Below are positions 8,698-17,486 of a stretch of DNA of 64,000 nt, in pieces. Under the pieces are notes generated by a model, which had not been told where the DNA came from, searched no databases, and was given only the letters and a program-made list of their open reading frames with translations. Numbering within the stretch: position 1 is the stretch's first letter; each line of letters starts with the position of its first letter. Both the position numbers and the translations under genes were made by a program. This stretch comes from Candidatus Shapirobacteria bacterium (GTDB lineage: Bacteria > Patescibacteriota > Microgenomatia > UM-FILTER-40-11), in the NCBI GenBank assembly GCA_020059745.1, contig JAGVBK010000004.1:178511-242510 (forward strand). The letters are read 5' to 3'.

Positions 8698-10114
8698 TTT
8701 CTAATCTGGGAAACAAAACTGCCTCAGGTTTTATTTCCGGACCTTTGAACTGTTTTAATATTTTTTCAGCTGTTTCCGGTAAAAAGGGCCTGAGATTGCC
8801 GGCAATTTCCCTGATTGTTTCTACTGACTGCAAAAGAAAGTTTTGCAAATCGCTTTTTTCCATTTGCCAGGGCTTTTCTTCGTTAATTCTTTTGTTTTCT
8901 TTTGTTACTTTATGCCAGATTGTTTCCAATGCCTCGTTAAAGCGAAAATCAGCCAATTGTGTGTTTACTTTGCTGTCAAGAGTAATGCTTTTTTGTTCAG
9001 GGAATTTTAACTCTGATTTTTCGCAAAGTCTAGCGATTCGAGAGACTAGGTTGCCAAGGCCGTTTGCCAAGTCAGCGTGATAAACCTCCAAAAATCTTTT
9101 TTGGGAAAAATCACCGTCATTAAAAGGCGGGATTTCTTTTAAAAGGTAGTAACGGACCGGATCAGTGCCATATTTTTTGACAACTTCATAAGGGTCAACC
9201 ACATTGCCGAGTGATTTGCTTATTTTTTGGCCTTCAACTGTGACATAACTGTGGATAAAAATTTCTTTAGGGGTTTCAAGACCAGCACTTTTAAGCATGG
9301 CTGGCCAATAAATTGCGTGGAAACGGGAAATACCCTTGCCGATGACATGCACATCAGCAGGCCAAAACTTTTTAAAAAGCTCTCCGTTTTTCTGCCAGTC
9401 TAAGGCGGTAATATAGTTGGCCAGGGCATCAAACCAGACATAGATAATCTGGTCAGAGTCACCTGGCACAGGAATACCCCAATTGCGAGCTCTTTCCTTG
9501 CTTCTTGAAATACTAAAGTCCTCAAGCCCTGATTTTATAAAAGAAATTACCTCATTTTTTCTTTTATTAGGTGTAATTTTTAGTTTATCCGAGGAGATAA
9601 GTTCAAGAAGCCAATCCTGGTAGCCTGAAAGCCTAAAAAAGTAATTTTCTTCTTCAACCACTTCAGGTTCAATTAAATGTTCCGGGCATTTACCGTCAAC
9701 TAAGTCTTTTTCAGTTAAAAAAGCCTCGCAGCCCATGCAGTATAGGCCTTGGTATTTCTTTTTATAAATATCTTCTTTTTTACACGCTTTCCAGAGAGCT
9801 TGAACCCCTTGAACGTGCCTTTCCTCTGAAGTTTTTATAAAATCATCAAAAGTAAGATTAAGTGCCCCCTTTAGTTCCTTAAACTTGGCTGCATTTTTAT
9901 CAACCAGTTCTTTAACCGGCAGATTAAGAAGGTTAGCCGCTTGAACATTTTTAAGACTGTTTTCATCGGCGCCGGTTAAAAAATAAACTTCTTCGTTAAG
10001 CAGTCGGTGTTGCCGGGCAAGAGTATCTGTTTGCACAATTTCCAAAGCAAACCCAATATGGGGTGAAGCGTTGACAAAGGGGATTGCGCTGGTAATATAA
10101 AACTTCTTGCTCAT
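8687..10114 (-). CDS. metG: Methionyl-tRNA synthetase (short, no C-terminal dimerisation domain)
   Basis: FYITSAIPFVN..HIGF, Zn knuckle CMGC..CPEH, YVWFDAL, KISKSLGN. Confidence 0.96.
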   Translation of the reverse strand: MSKKFYITSAIPFVNASPHIGFALEIVQTDTLARQHRLLNEEVYFLTGADENSLKNVQAANLLNLPVKELVDKNAAKFKELKGALNLTFDDFIKTSEERHVQGVQALWKACKKEDIYKKKYQGLYCMGCEAFLTEKDLVDGKCPEHLIEPEVVEEENYFFRLSGYQDWLLELISSDKLKITPNKRKNEVISFIKSGLEDFSISRSKERARNWGIPVPGDSDQIIYVWFDALANYITALDWQKNGELFKKFWPADVHVIGKGISRFHAIYWPAMLKSAGLETPKEIFIHSYVTVEGQKISKSLGNVVDPYEVVKKYGTDPVRYYLLKEIPPFNDGDFSQKRFLEVYHADLANGLGNLVSRIARLCEKSELKFPEQKSITLDSKVNTQLADFRFNEALETIWHKVTKENKRINEEKPWQMEKSDLQNFLLQSVETIREIAGNLRPFLPETAEKILKQFKGPEIKPEAVLFPRLENEK

Positions 10115-10121
10115 GAATGTA

Positions 10122-10150
10122 ATTTTAGCTTAAATAGCCTCTGAAAGCAA
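10122..10150 (-). promoter_or_regulatory. metG promoter, leaderless arrangement
   Basis: TTGCTT-17 nt-TAAAAT, 7 nt before ATG. Confidence 0.65.
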
Positions 10151-10163
10151 AGGATTATGGAGG

Positions 10164-10520
10164 TTACTTCCCAAAGATTTCTTTAATTTTCTTTTCCCAT
10201 TTTTCTGCCCATTGTTCTGTTTCTATTTTTTCAAGCACAATTTGAAATCCCGGATCAGTTTGTATTTGGCTTTGGATTTGGGAAACAGTAGCAGAAGAAA
10301 CCTTGAGCTTTTTTTTAATTTCCGTATAGCTAAGACCTTCTTTAAGGTATTTTGCTACGGCAATTCTTTTGGCAATGGAAAAAAGCTCAGCTTCAGAAAG
10401 CAGGCCCTTAAGAAGCTTTTCTGTTTCATCGACCCTTCTTGTGTCGGCAATAACCTGATATAAAAGCGACAAGGCTTCTTTTTCAACTTTTTGGTTTATT
10501 TTTTGTGAAGAGACTCTCAT
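10164..10520 (-). CDS. YerC/YecD-family TrpR-like HTH protein
   Basis: LLSEAELFSIAKRIAVAKYLKEGLSYTEIKKKLKVSSATVS TrpR-like HTH; ATG 10520 preferred over the ORF-track start. Confidence 0.85.
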   Translation of the reverse strand: MRVSSQKINQKVEKEALSLLYQVIADTRRVDETEKLLKGLLSEAELFSIAKRIAVAKYLKEGLSYTEIKKKLKVSSATVSQIQSQIQTDPGFQIVLEKIETEQWAEKWEKKIKEIFGK

Positions 10521-10535
10521 TTTTTCTTTTTTAAT

Positions 10536-10556
10536 AAAAAATCCGGCTCGGCCGGA
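10536..10556 (-). terminator. Terminator/attenuator hairpin in the leader of the TrpR-like gene
   Basis: Minus strand TCCGGC-cga-GCCGGA-TTTTTT. Confidence 0.6.
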
Positions 10557-10590
10557 CAGGATTACTAGTTTGATTAATAAAATCAAAATA

Positions 10591-10992
10591 TCATTTAAAC
10601 TGATTTTTGTCAATTACAGTTGTAGATTTTTTATCCTTACTCTTTGAATAAAGAAACAGCTCAACTGCAATAAAAAAAGCAGCGGAAAGAAAAGTGTTTA
10701 TGATTGAGTCTTGTTTTATTATTCTGAAAAAAAACAGGCTATCAATAAAAAGGGCAGCTAAAAACCCTCTTCTGGTACTGCTAAAAAGAAGAGCCAAAGT
10801 AAGAGAAAGAGAAGCAGTGAGTAGAATAAAAAAGATAATTATATTTTTACCGAAGGACAAGTTTATTGAAAAGATTGATAGCTGAGAGATTTGTTCAGGG
10901 CTGGTTTTAAATATAAAAGCAGCAAGAAGCATCCATAAAAAAATGTTCAAGATAAACGTAGGTAAAAAATTTCTCCGGCTTTTCCTTATCAT
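10591..10992 (-). CDS. Four-TM membrane protein, unknown function
   Basis: 133 aa, four hydrophobic segments; TAAAAT 6 nt before ATG. Confidence 0.75.
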   Translation of the reverse strand: MIRKSRRNFLPTFILNIFLWMLLAAFIFKTSPEQISQLSIFSINLSFGKNIIIFFILLTASLSLTLALLFSSTRRGFLAALFIDSLFFFRIIKQDSIINTFLSAAFFIAVELFLYSKSKDKKSTTVIDKNQFK

Positions 10993-11029
10993 AACCTAAT
11001 TTTATACAAAGCCGTGATAAAATAAAACC

Positions 11030-12040
11030 ATGGCCAGGGAGTTTGTCTTAATCAGTGCTGTTTTAGTTTTAGGTTTTTTGGCGATTATTTTTTTTCTTAA
11101 CCGCAAGCTTTCCTCTAAAGCCGACAGCGCTCTTCTTGAATGGCTTAAAACAATGCAGCTTTCTCTCGACAGTTCAAACAAAAATATAAACGAGACACTC
11201 CAAAAAAGCAGTTTTGAGTTAAACAGAAGGCTTGATCTGGCTTCCCAGCTTATGGGCCAAATCCAGAAAGAAGCCGGTAAGTTTTCCGAGCTTTCCCTGT
11301 CCATGAAAAACTTGCAGGATTACTTAAGAAGCCCGAAACTAAGGGGAAACATTGGAGAACAGGTTCTAAAGGATTTAATCTCACAGATGTTTCCCAAAAA
11401 CTCTTTTTTTCTTCAGTATGCTTTTAAATCCGGCAACAGGGTTGATGCGGCTATTAAAACAGATGCCGGTATCTTGCCGATTGACTCTAAGTTTCCAGCA
11501 GAAAACTTCCAAAGAATGATGATTGCAGAAAGCGAAGCAGAAAAAGAAAGCTCAAAAAAGGACTTTGTCCGTGACATTAAAAAGCACATTGCTGATATTT
11601 CCCAAAAATATATCCTTCCTGAGGAGGGGACCATGGACTTTGCTTTAATGTACATTCCCTCAGAGCCGGTTTACTATGAGGTGATAAATGACTCTGGGCT
11701 TATGGACTTTGCTCGGAAAGAAAGAGTTTATCCTGTTTCCCCCAATACTTTGTATGCCCATCTACAAGTACTTCTTTTGTCTTTTGAAGGCAAGGAGATT
11801 GAGAAAAAATCAAGAAAACTTTTTTCTTTAATAAGGGGAATTCAAAAAGATTACTCAAAATTAAGCGAAAACCTTTCTGTTTTAAACAAGCACATAACCA
11901 ATTCATATAATCAAATGGCCAATGTCAACAATGAGTTTATGCAAATAGGGCAAAAACTAACTTTTACCCAGGCACTTGAAGAAGAAGAAAAAATCGAAAA
12001 AATTGAGATATTTTCCAGAAGTGCTGAGGAATCTTCTTAA
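11030..12040 (+). CDS. rmuC: DNA recombination protein RmuC
   Basis: N-terminal TM and coiled coil, KLRGNIGEQVL, PIDSKFP, KYILP..TMDFALMYIPSE, VSPNTL. Confidence 0.92.
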   Translation: MAREFVLISAVLVLGFLAIIFFLNRKLSSKADSALLEWLKTMQLSLDSSNKNINETLQKSSFELNRRLDLASQLMGQIQKEAGKFSELSLSMKNLQDYLRSPKLRGNIGEQVLKDLISQMFPKNSFFLQYAFKSGNRVDAAIKTDAGILPIDSKFPAENFQRMMIAESEAEKESSKKDFVRDIKKHIADISQKYILPEEGTMDFALMYIPSEPVYYEVINDSGLMDFARKERVYPVSPNTLYAHLQVLLLSFEGKEIEKKSRKLFSLIRGIQKDYSKLSENLSVLNKHITNSYNQMANVNNEFMQIGQKLTFTQALEEEEKIEKIEIFSRSAEESS

Positions 12041-12399
12041 GGAGCTTGGCTATTAATTAATCTTCTTGTTCTGTTTTTAAAGATTTTACCGTCTTTTTTA
12101 AAATAATTTTCATCAATTATTCCTGCAATTTCTCTTCCGTACCTTTTGGTAAATTCTCCCAAGGACTTACTAAGTATTTCAGCCTTTGGTTCAGAAATCA
12201 TGCCGTTTATCAAAACAACTTTTCTTACAACTTCCGGTCTTAGACCAGTACTTTCTGACAGTTCAGTGATTCTTCCTTCTGTTATTGTTGCTTCGTTTAT
12301 TTGTCTTTGCAGCCTTGCCGAGGTAGGTGGGGAATCAGTAGCTGGGCCAAGTCCGTGTGCTATCCTTAATCTTTCCAGAGAAAATTCAGTTTCTCTCAT
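12037..12399 (-). CDS. Hypothetical protein
   Basis: 120-aa ORF filling the gap; ATG with TAAAAT 7 nt upstream; no recognisable motif. Confidence 0.6.
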   Translation of the reverse strand: MRETEFSLERLRIAHGLGPATDSPPTSARLQRQINEATITEGRITELSESTGLRPEVVRKVVLINGMISEPKAEILSKSLGEFTKRYGREIAGIIDENYFKKDGKIFKNRTRRLINSQAP

Positions 12400-12519
12400 T
12401 AAAAAGATTTTATAAGCAAAAAACTTAAGTATCTGTAACTATTTTCACTAATTTTCACTTAGTGTTTTATGGCAGTTATCTTTTTTAAATATTTAAAGCT
12501 TCAATGCTATAATTACCTC

Positions 12520-15477
12520 GTGTCTGATTCTTCTGAAAAGAAATTAAATCCAGAGCAAAAAAAAGCAATTGAACACGGAAACGGCCCGCTTTTAATTATT
12601 GCCGGAGCAGGAACAGGAAAAACCACGGTTATCACCGAAAGAGTCAGGTTTTTAATTTCTGAAAAAAAAGTTTCGCCCTCAGAAATTTTAGCTCTTACTT
12701 TTACGGAAAAAGCAGCCAGGGAAATGGAAGAGAGGATAGATGAAAAGTTGCCTTTAGGTTATGCTGACATGTGGATTTCCACTTTTCATGCTTTCTGTGA
12801 CCGGATTCTTCGCAATGAGGCCATAAATATTGGCCTTGATCCTAAATACAAGGTTATGACTCAGGCAGAAAACATCCAATTTTTAAGAAAAAACCTTTTT
12901 AAATTTGAACTTGATTATTTCAGACCCTTAGGAAACCCGAATAAATTTTTGGAAGGTTTGCTTGTGCATTTTTCACGCCTTAAAGACGAGACAGTTTCTA
13001 AAGAAGAATATTTGAAATATTTTGAGAAAATTTCTGCTGACATAAATAATAAAAAGAAATTAAAAAGCGAAGAAAGAGAAATGCTTGAAGAAGAAATAAA
13101 AAAAACCGAAGAATTGGCAAAAGCTTACCGGAAATATGAAGAGCTTAAGATAAAAGAAGGGCTTTTTGATTTCAGCGACCTTATTGATAAGGTTTTGACA
13201 ATCTTTAAAGAAAGACCGGGGATTGTTGGCAGATACCGTCAAAAATTTAAATATATTTTAATTGATGAGTTTCAGGATACAAACTTTGCCCAGTACACCT
13301 TAATAAAAATGCTTGCTCCGCCGCCTTTGGCTAATTTGACTGTCGTTGGTGACGATAACCAGTCAATCTACAAGTTTAGGGGAGCTGCAATTTCCAATAT
13401 CTTGCAGTTTAACAAAGATTATCCTCAGTCAAAAAACATTATTTTAAATAAAAACTATCGTTCTTCTCAGACAATTTTGGATTCAGCCTACAAGCTAATT
13501 AAAGAAAATGATCCCGATACTCTTGAGGCAAAATTGGGAATTAGTAAAAAGCTTGAAAAAATGCGTGAGGTGAGTGAAGAGCCGGTTGAATTTCTTTTTG
13601 CGGATCGGGTTGAAGACGAAGCAGGGTTGGTGGCGGAAAAGGTAAAAAGCTTAATTGACCGCTATTCTTATAAAGACTTTGCGGTTTTAGTAAGAGCAAA
13701 CAGCCATGCCGAGCCCTTTTTAAGGGCTTTTGAAAGAGCGGGTATTCCTTGCCAATTTTTAGGCCCGGCCATGCTTTTCCGCCAGCCAGAAGTGAAAGAT
13801 CTAATTTCATATTTAAAAGTGCTTAATGATTACGAAGACTCTGTTTCAATGTATAGACTGCTTTCTATGGATTACTTTAACATTCACGGTCGGGATTTAG
13901 CTTTTTTGCTTAATTTAAGCCGCAAAAGAAAAATTTCTCTTTTTGAAGTCTGCGAAGAAGCAGCCGTATCTGAGGAAGCTGCAATCAGCATGGAGGCAAA
14001 AGAGAAAATAAAAAAAATTGTTAAAACAATTCATTCTCACCTTGATTTAGCCAAAACTGAAAATGCTGGCAAGATTCTTTACTGGTTTTTAGATGAAAGC
14101 GGGTATCTAAGAAGGCTTTCTAATTACCAAGCCTCTGATGATGAAAGAAGGGTTCAAAATATTAAAAAGTTTTTTGATAAAATAACGACTTTTGAGGCTG
14201 AACACGAAGATGCTTCTGTTTTTTCTTTAGTTGAACACATTAACCTTTGCCTTGAGCTGGGAGAGTCTCCTTTAGCCAATGATACAGACTGGCAGGAAAA
14301 CGACGCCGTTAACCTGCTTACGGTCCATTCAGCGAAAGGGCTTGAGTTTCCGGTTGTTTTTTTAGTAAACCTGGTTACCCAGCGCTTTCCCACCACCGAA
14401 AGACGCGAGCAAATCCCAATTCCTGATGCTTTGATAAAAGAAATCTTGCCACAAGGTGATTTTCATCTTCAAGAAGAAAGAAGACTTTTTTATGTAGGCA
14501 TGACTAGAGCCAAAGATAGGCTTTTTTTGACTGCTGCCAAGTATTATGGCGAGGGAAAGCGGGAAAAAAAGATTTCCCCTTTTATTTATGAAGCGCTTGG
14601 CAAAGAGTTTTTTAATAATTCTTCTTCAAAGAAAAAAAGCCAACTTTCACTTTTTGGAATAACCGTGGCAAAAAATGAGCCTAGAAAAGAAAAAACACCT
14701 CTGTTTTTTAACTCTCTTTCCTACTCTCAGCTTGATACTTTTAGCACCTGTGGCCTTAAGTATAAATATAGCTACATTCTTAACCTTCCTGCCCCACCCT
14801 CGGCATCTCTTTCTTTTGGTAGCGCTATTCACGAAACTCTTTGTGACTTTTACCAAAAAGCAATGGTCGGACAAAAGCCGGGCAAGGAAACACTTTTGAA
14901 AACCTTGGCGGAAAACTGGAGACCTTTAGGTTTTTCTTCAAAAGAACACGAAGAAAAGTTTAAAAAAGAAGGAGAAAAGATTTTAACTGAGTATTTTGAA
15001 AAAAGTTATGACCCCAAAAATTTGCCGGTGGCTTTAGAAGTGCCTTTTATGGTTAGAATAAGCCCGTCTTTAAAGATAAAGGGTAAGATTGACAGAATTG
15101 ATCGCGTAGAACGCGACAAGTCCGTAGAACGCGACAAGTCCGAGTATGAAATAGAAATTATTGACTACAAAACCGGTAAGTCTGCTACTCAAAAAGAAGT
15201 TGAAAAAGATCTTCAACTTTCGCTTTATGCCCTGGCAGTTTCTGAGGGCAATCTTAGACACTTGGGAATTAAAGATAAAGCGGAGGTTAAGGTTTCTTTT
15301 TATTTCTTAAACACTCAGGAAAAGGTTTCAACTATTAAGAAACCAGAGGATCTTAATATGGCGCGACAGGAAGTTTTGAAAAAAGTTGAAGAAATGGTTA
15401 ATTCCGATTTTCCTCCAAAACCCGGCAAACACTGTGACTTTTGTGAGTTTAGGATGTTATGCGAAGCTTGGTCTTAA
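12520..15477 (+). CDS. UvrD/PcrA-type helicase fused to a C-terminal PD-(D/E)XK nuclease with a 4-Cys Fe-S staple (AdnB/AddA-like)
   Basis: AGAGTGKTT, IDEFQDTN, VGDDNQSIYKFRGA, TVHSAKGLEF, EERRLFYVGMTRA; then SYSQLDTFSTC, GKIDRID, IIDYKTG, QLSLY, CDFCEFRMLC. Start set at GTG 12520, 6 nt after TGcTATAAT. Confidence 0.9.
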   Translation: MSDSSEKKLNPEQKKAIEHGNGPLLIIAGAGTGKTTVITERVRFLISEKKVSPSEILALTFTEKAAREMEERIDEKLPLGYADMWISTFHAFCDRILRNEAINIGLDPKYKVMTQAENIQFLRKNLFKFELDYFRPLGNPNKFLEGLLVHFSRLKDETVSKEEYLKYFEKISADINNKKKLKSEEREMLEEEIKKTEELAKAYRKYEELKIKEGLFDFSDLIDKVLTIFKERPGIVGRYRQKFKYILIDEFQDTNFAQYTLIKMLAPPPLANLTVVGDDNQSIYKFRGAAISNILQFNKDYPQSKNIILNKNYRSSQTILDSAYKLIKENDPDTLEAKLGISKKLEKMREVSEEPVEFLFADRVEDEAGLVAEKVKSLIDRYSYKDFAVLVRANSHAEPFLRAFERAGIPCQFLGPAMLFRQPEVKDLISYLKVLNDYEDSVSMYRLLSMDYFNIHGRDLAFLLNLSRKRKISLFEVCEEAAVSEEAAISMEAKEKIKKIVKTIHSHLDLAKTENAGKILYWFLDESGYLRRLSNYQASDDERRVQNIKKFFDKITTFEAEHEDASVFSLVEHINLCLELGESPLANDTDWQENDAVNLLTVHSAKGLEFPVVFLVNLVTQRFPTTERREQIPIPDALIKEILPQGDFHLQEERRLFYVGMTRAKDRLFLTAAKYYGEGKREKKISPFIYEALGKEFFNNSSSKKKSQLSLFGITVAKNEPRKEKTPLFFNSLSYSQLDTFSTCGLKYKYSYILNLPAPPSASLSFGSAIHETLCDFYQKAMVGQKPGKETLLKTLAENWRPLGFSSKEHEEKFKKEGEKILTEYFEKSYDPKNLPVALEVPFMVRISPSLKIKGKIDRIDRVERDKSVERDKSEYEIEIIDYKTGKSATQKEVEKDLQLSLYALAVSEGNLRHLGIKDKAEVKVSFYFLNTQEKVSTIKKPEDLNMARQEVLKKVEEMVNSDFPPKPGKHCDFCEFRMLCEAWS
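15105..15142 (+). repeat. In-frame 18-bp tandem duplication (VERDKS x2)
   Basis: CGTAGAACGCGACAAGTC twice, exact, plus CG. Confidence 0.95.
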
Positions 15478-16285
15478 CATAGGGAGCAGGAAAAATAACT
15501 TCTTCTCCTCTAAATCCCCTTTTAAAGCGGGTAAAGCCTTGCCAGGAACGGTTTTGGGGAAATCTTTCGTCATAAATCCCCTCAAAGTCAAAAAACAGAC
15601 AACCTTCTTTTTTGGCCAGTTTTATTGCTTCCCAAACAACTAAAGTCGGTGCCAAAAGTTTTTTACCTTTATCAGTTGCGGCAGCTTGCCAATAATAAGC
15701 TGTTTTTTCACAGAAAAGGATAATGGCTCCGGCCAGAGGTTCGGGGGAATCTTTTTTGTAGGTAATAACTGCTTTTGCCTTATCCCTGAAAGCCTCAAAA
15801 AGCAGCTTTGTTTCTTTATTAATACCTAAGGGTAAAATAAATTTTTTTAGTAGATACTCTCTTTTTAGTGTTAAAAAATCTTTTAAGGTTCCTTCTTTTA
15901 CCAGCAAGCCATTTTTCTGGGCATAAAGCACATCTCTTTTTTTGTTTTTGGAAAAAGAGGAAAGAATTTCTTTTTCTTCTTTTTTAACATCTTTTATTAT
16001 TGTTTTAGTAGGGATAAAAGGAGAAGATAGTGGCTTGTATTTGTATTTTTTTAAGTCTTCAGGGTCGATCTTAAAAGCCGGTTCTAAAATTATTTGAAAT
16101 GCCCTGAATTTTTTTGCGACTTTTTCAATTTCTTCAAAAGGGACTTTTTCTGTTCTTTGGATTTTAACAATTGATCCTAAAACCGGGATTTTTTTTATAA
16201 AAATATTAATACCATTTATTTTTTTTACTTCCCAGCCTAGGCTTTTAGTAAAAAAGGCGTATTCTTCTGATTGTCTAATATCCAT
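15449..16285 (-). CDS. FemABX-family peptidyltransferase (peptidoglycan bridge formation)
   Basis: MDIRQS start, LAPTLVVWEAIKLAK..FDFEGI..WQGFTRFKRGF. Confidence 0.85.
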   Translation of the reverse strand: MDIRQSEEYAFFTKSLGWEVKKINGINIFIKKIPVLGSIVKIQRTEKVPFEEIEKVAKKFRAFQIILEPAFKIDPEDLKKYKYKPLSSPFIPTKTIIKDVKKEEKEILSSFSKNKKRDVLYAQKNGLLVKEGTLKDFLTLKREYLLKKFILPLGINKETKLLFEAFRDKAKAVITYKKDSPEPLAGAIILFCEKTAYYWQAAATDKGKKLLAPTLVVWEAIKLAKKEGCLFFDFEGIYDERFPQNRSWQGFTRFKRGFRGEEVIFPAPYVKTKLRITS

Positions 16286-16292
16286 ATTTATT

Positions 16293-16447
16293 AAATTCCA
16301 AATTCCAAGCTCCAAGTTCCAAAAAATTACCAATATTCAAATCCTAAATACTTGTTACATATTATTTGCTCCTTGGTTATTGGAATTTTTTGTTTCTTGT
16401 TTTTTGATTATTAGGATTTAGAGTTTTGAGTTTTGAATTTTGACTTT
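16293..16447. repeat. Degenerate heptamer-repeat / imperfect inverted-repeat patch
   Basis: aaattcc-aaattcc-aagctcc-aagttcc on +; GAGTTTT-GAGTTTT-GAATTTT at the femAB 3' end; caaaaaatt(a)ccaata pairs with tattggaattttttg. Confidence 0.75.
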
Positions 16448-17439
16448 AGGCGCAGGACTTTCCAACGGAGGATATCGCCAAGATTATAAATTTTATAAAG
16501 TAAGGGATTTATGACAAGGTCGTAAGTTCCCAAAAACTCGACAAGCTCTGGAGAAAAGCCTTCTTTAAAGCGGTGGAAGCCATAGTAAGGATGCGAGGGA
16601 GAAGGATTTGGTTCAATGTCGCCCCAAAGGTCAAAGCTTTTGCAGTCTAGTTTTTTTCCAAACCGCATTGATTCCCACATAAGAAGGGTCGGTGCCATAA
16701 GCTCTCTTTGTTCCCGGGTTGAAGCGCCGTAGGGATAATATAAAACCCTATTAAAGCAAAAAAGAAGAAAAGCGGCCAAGGTCTTTTCTTTGTGTTTGGC
16801 CAGCAAGAGATGAGAAATGCCGGCCTTACTTAAGATTTCCCACTGTTTTTGATGATATTTTCTGTCATGAGCGTAAAAACCCTGGCGACTAGTTGTCTCA
16901 AAAAGAAGGTCAAGATAATCTTTAAAAGCTTCTTTTGAATTATTCTCCACTACTTTTACCCCGTGTTTTTGGGCAAGCTTAATGTTGTAGCGGGTTTTAG
17001 GCTTAAAACTAGCTAAAAGTTCTTCTTCGCTTTTCTCAAGATTAATAATTGAGGTGAATTTTGTAAAAAGAGGCTTTCCCTTTTTTAGCCCCATTTTAAA
17101 AAGCGCTTCCTTCTCTCTTGGATCATTTTTTCGGTTTGGCTCAATTTTTACAAAAACAGCCTTGTTTTTTTCCCCGATTTTTCTTAGATAAACTATTACC
17201 GCCTTGTTTAGAAGATCACTTTTAGGAAGGTAGCCGATAGTTAACGGGAGTTTAGGAATTTTATGGAAAGTGACCTGGTACACACTCGTGAGTTTTCCTT
17301 TTTCTTCTTCTCCAAGCCTGACTACCCGGTGCCCTTGTTTTTCTCTGAATTCTCCCCATTCCCAAGATTGAAGCGGGTGAACAGCCAGACGGTTAAAGTC
17401 GTTTTTGTCTTTTTCTGTAATTTCAATTACTTTGGCCAT
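16411..17439 (-). CDS. FemABX-family peptidyltransferase
   Basis: HPLQSWEWGEFR, FVKIEP, KTRYNIKLAQKHGV, YYPYGAS, YYGFHRFKEGF. Confidence 0.92.
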   Translation of the reverse strand: MAKVIEITEKDKNDFNRLAVHPLQSWEWGEFREKQGHRVVRLGEEEKGKLTSVYQVTFHKIPKLPLTIGYLPKSDLLNKAVIVYLRKIGEKNKAVFVKIEPNRKNDPREKEALFKMGLKKGKPLFTKFTSIINLEKSEEELLASFKPKTRYNIKLAQKHGVKVVENNSKEAFKDYLDLLFETTSRQGFYAHDRKYHQKQWEILSKAGISHLLLAKHKEKTLAAFLLFCFNRVLYYPYGASTREQRELMAPTLLMWESMRFGKKLDCKSFDLWGDIEPNPSPSHPYYGFHRFKEGFSPELVEFLGTYDLVINPLLYKIYNLGDILRWKVLRLKSKFKTQNSKS

Positions 17440-17486
17440 AAACTGTTAGTTAAATCTTCTTTATTCTTGTGCTATTATATAAAAAG

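Noticed and set aside
12441-12459. ATTTTCACT direct repeat (10-bp period) between divergent promoters
   Set aside because: Only two short AT-rich copies; could be chance and no cognate regulator is evident
14700-15477. Cas4 / CRISPR adaptation gene
   Set aside because: The Fe-S PD-(D/E)XK domain is fused to a UvrD motor; no cas1/cas2 or array
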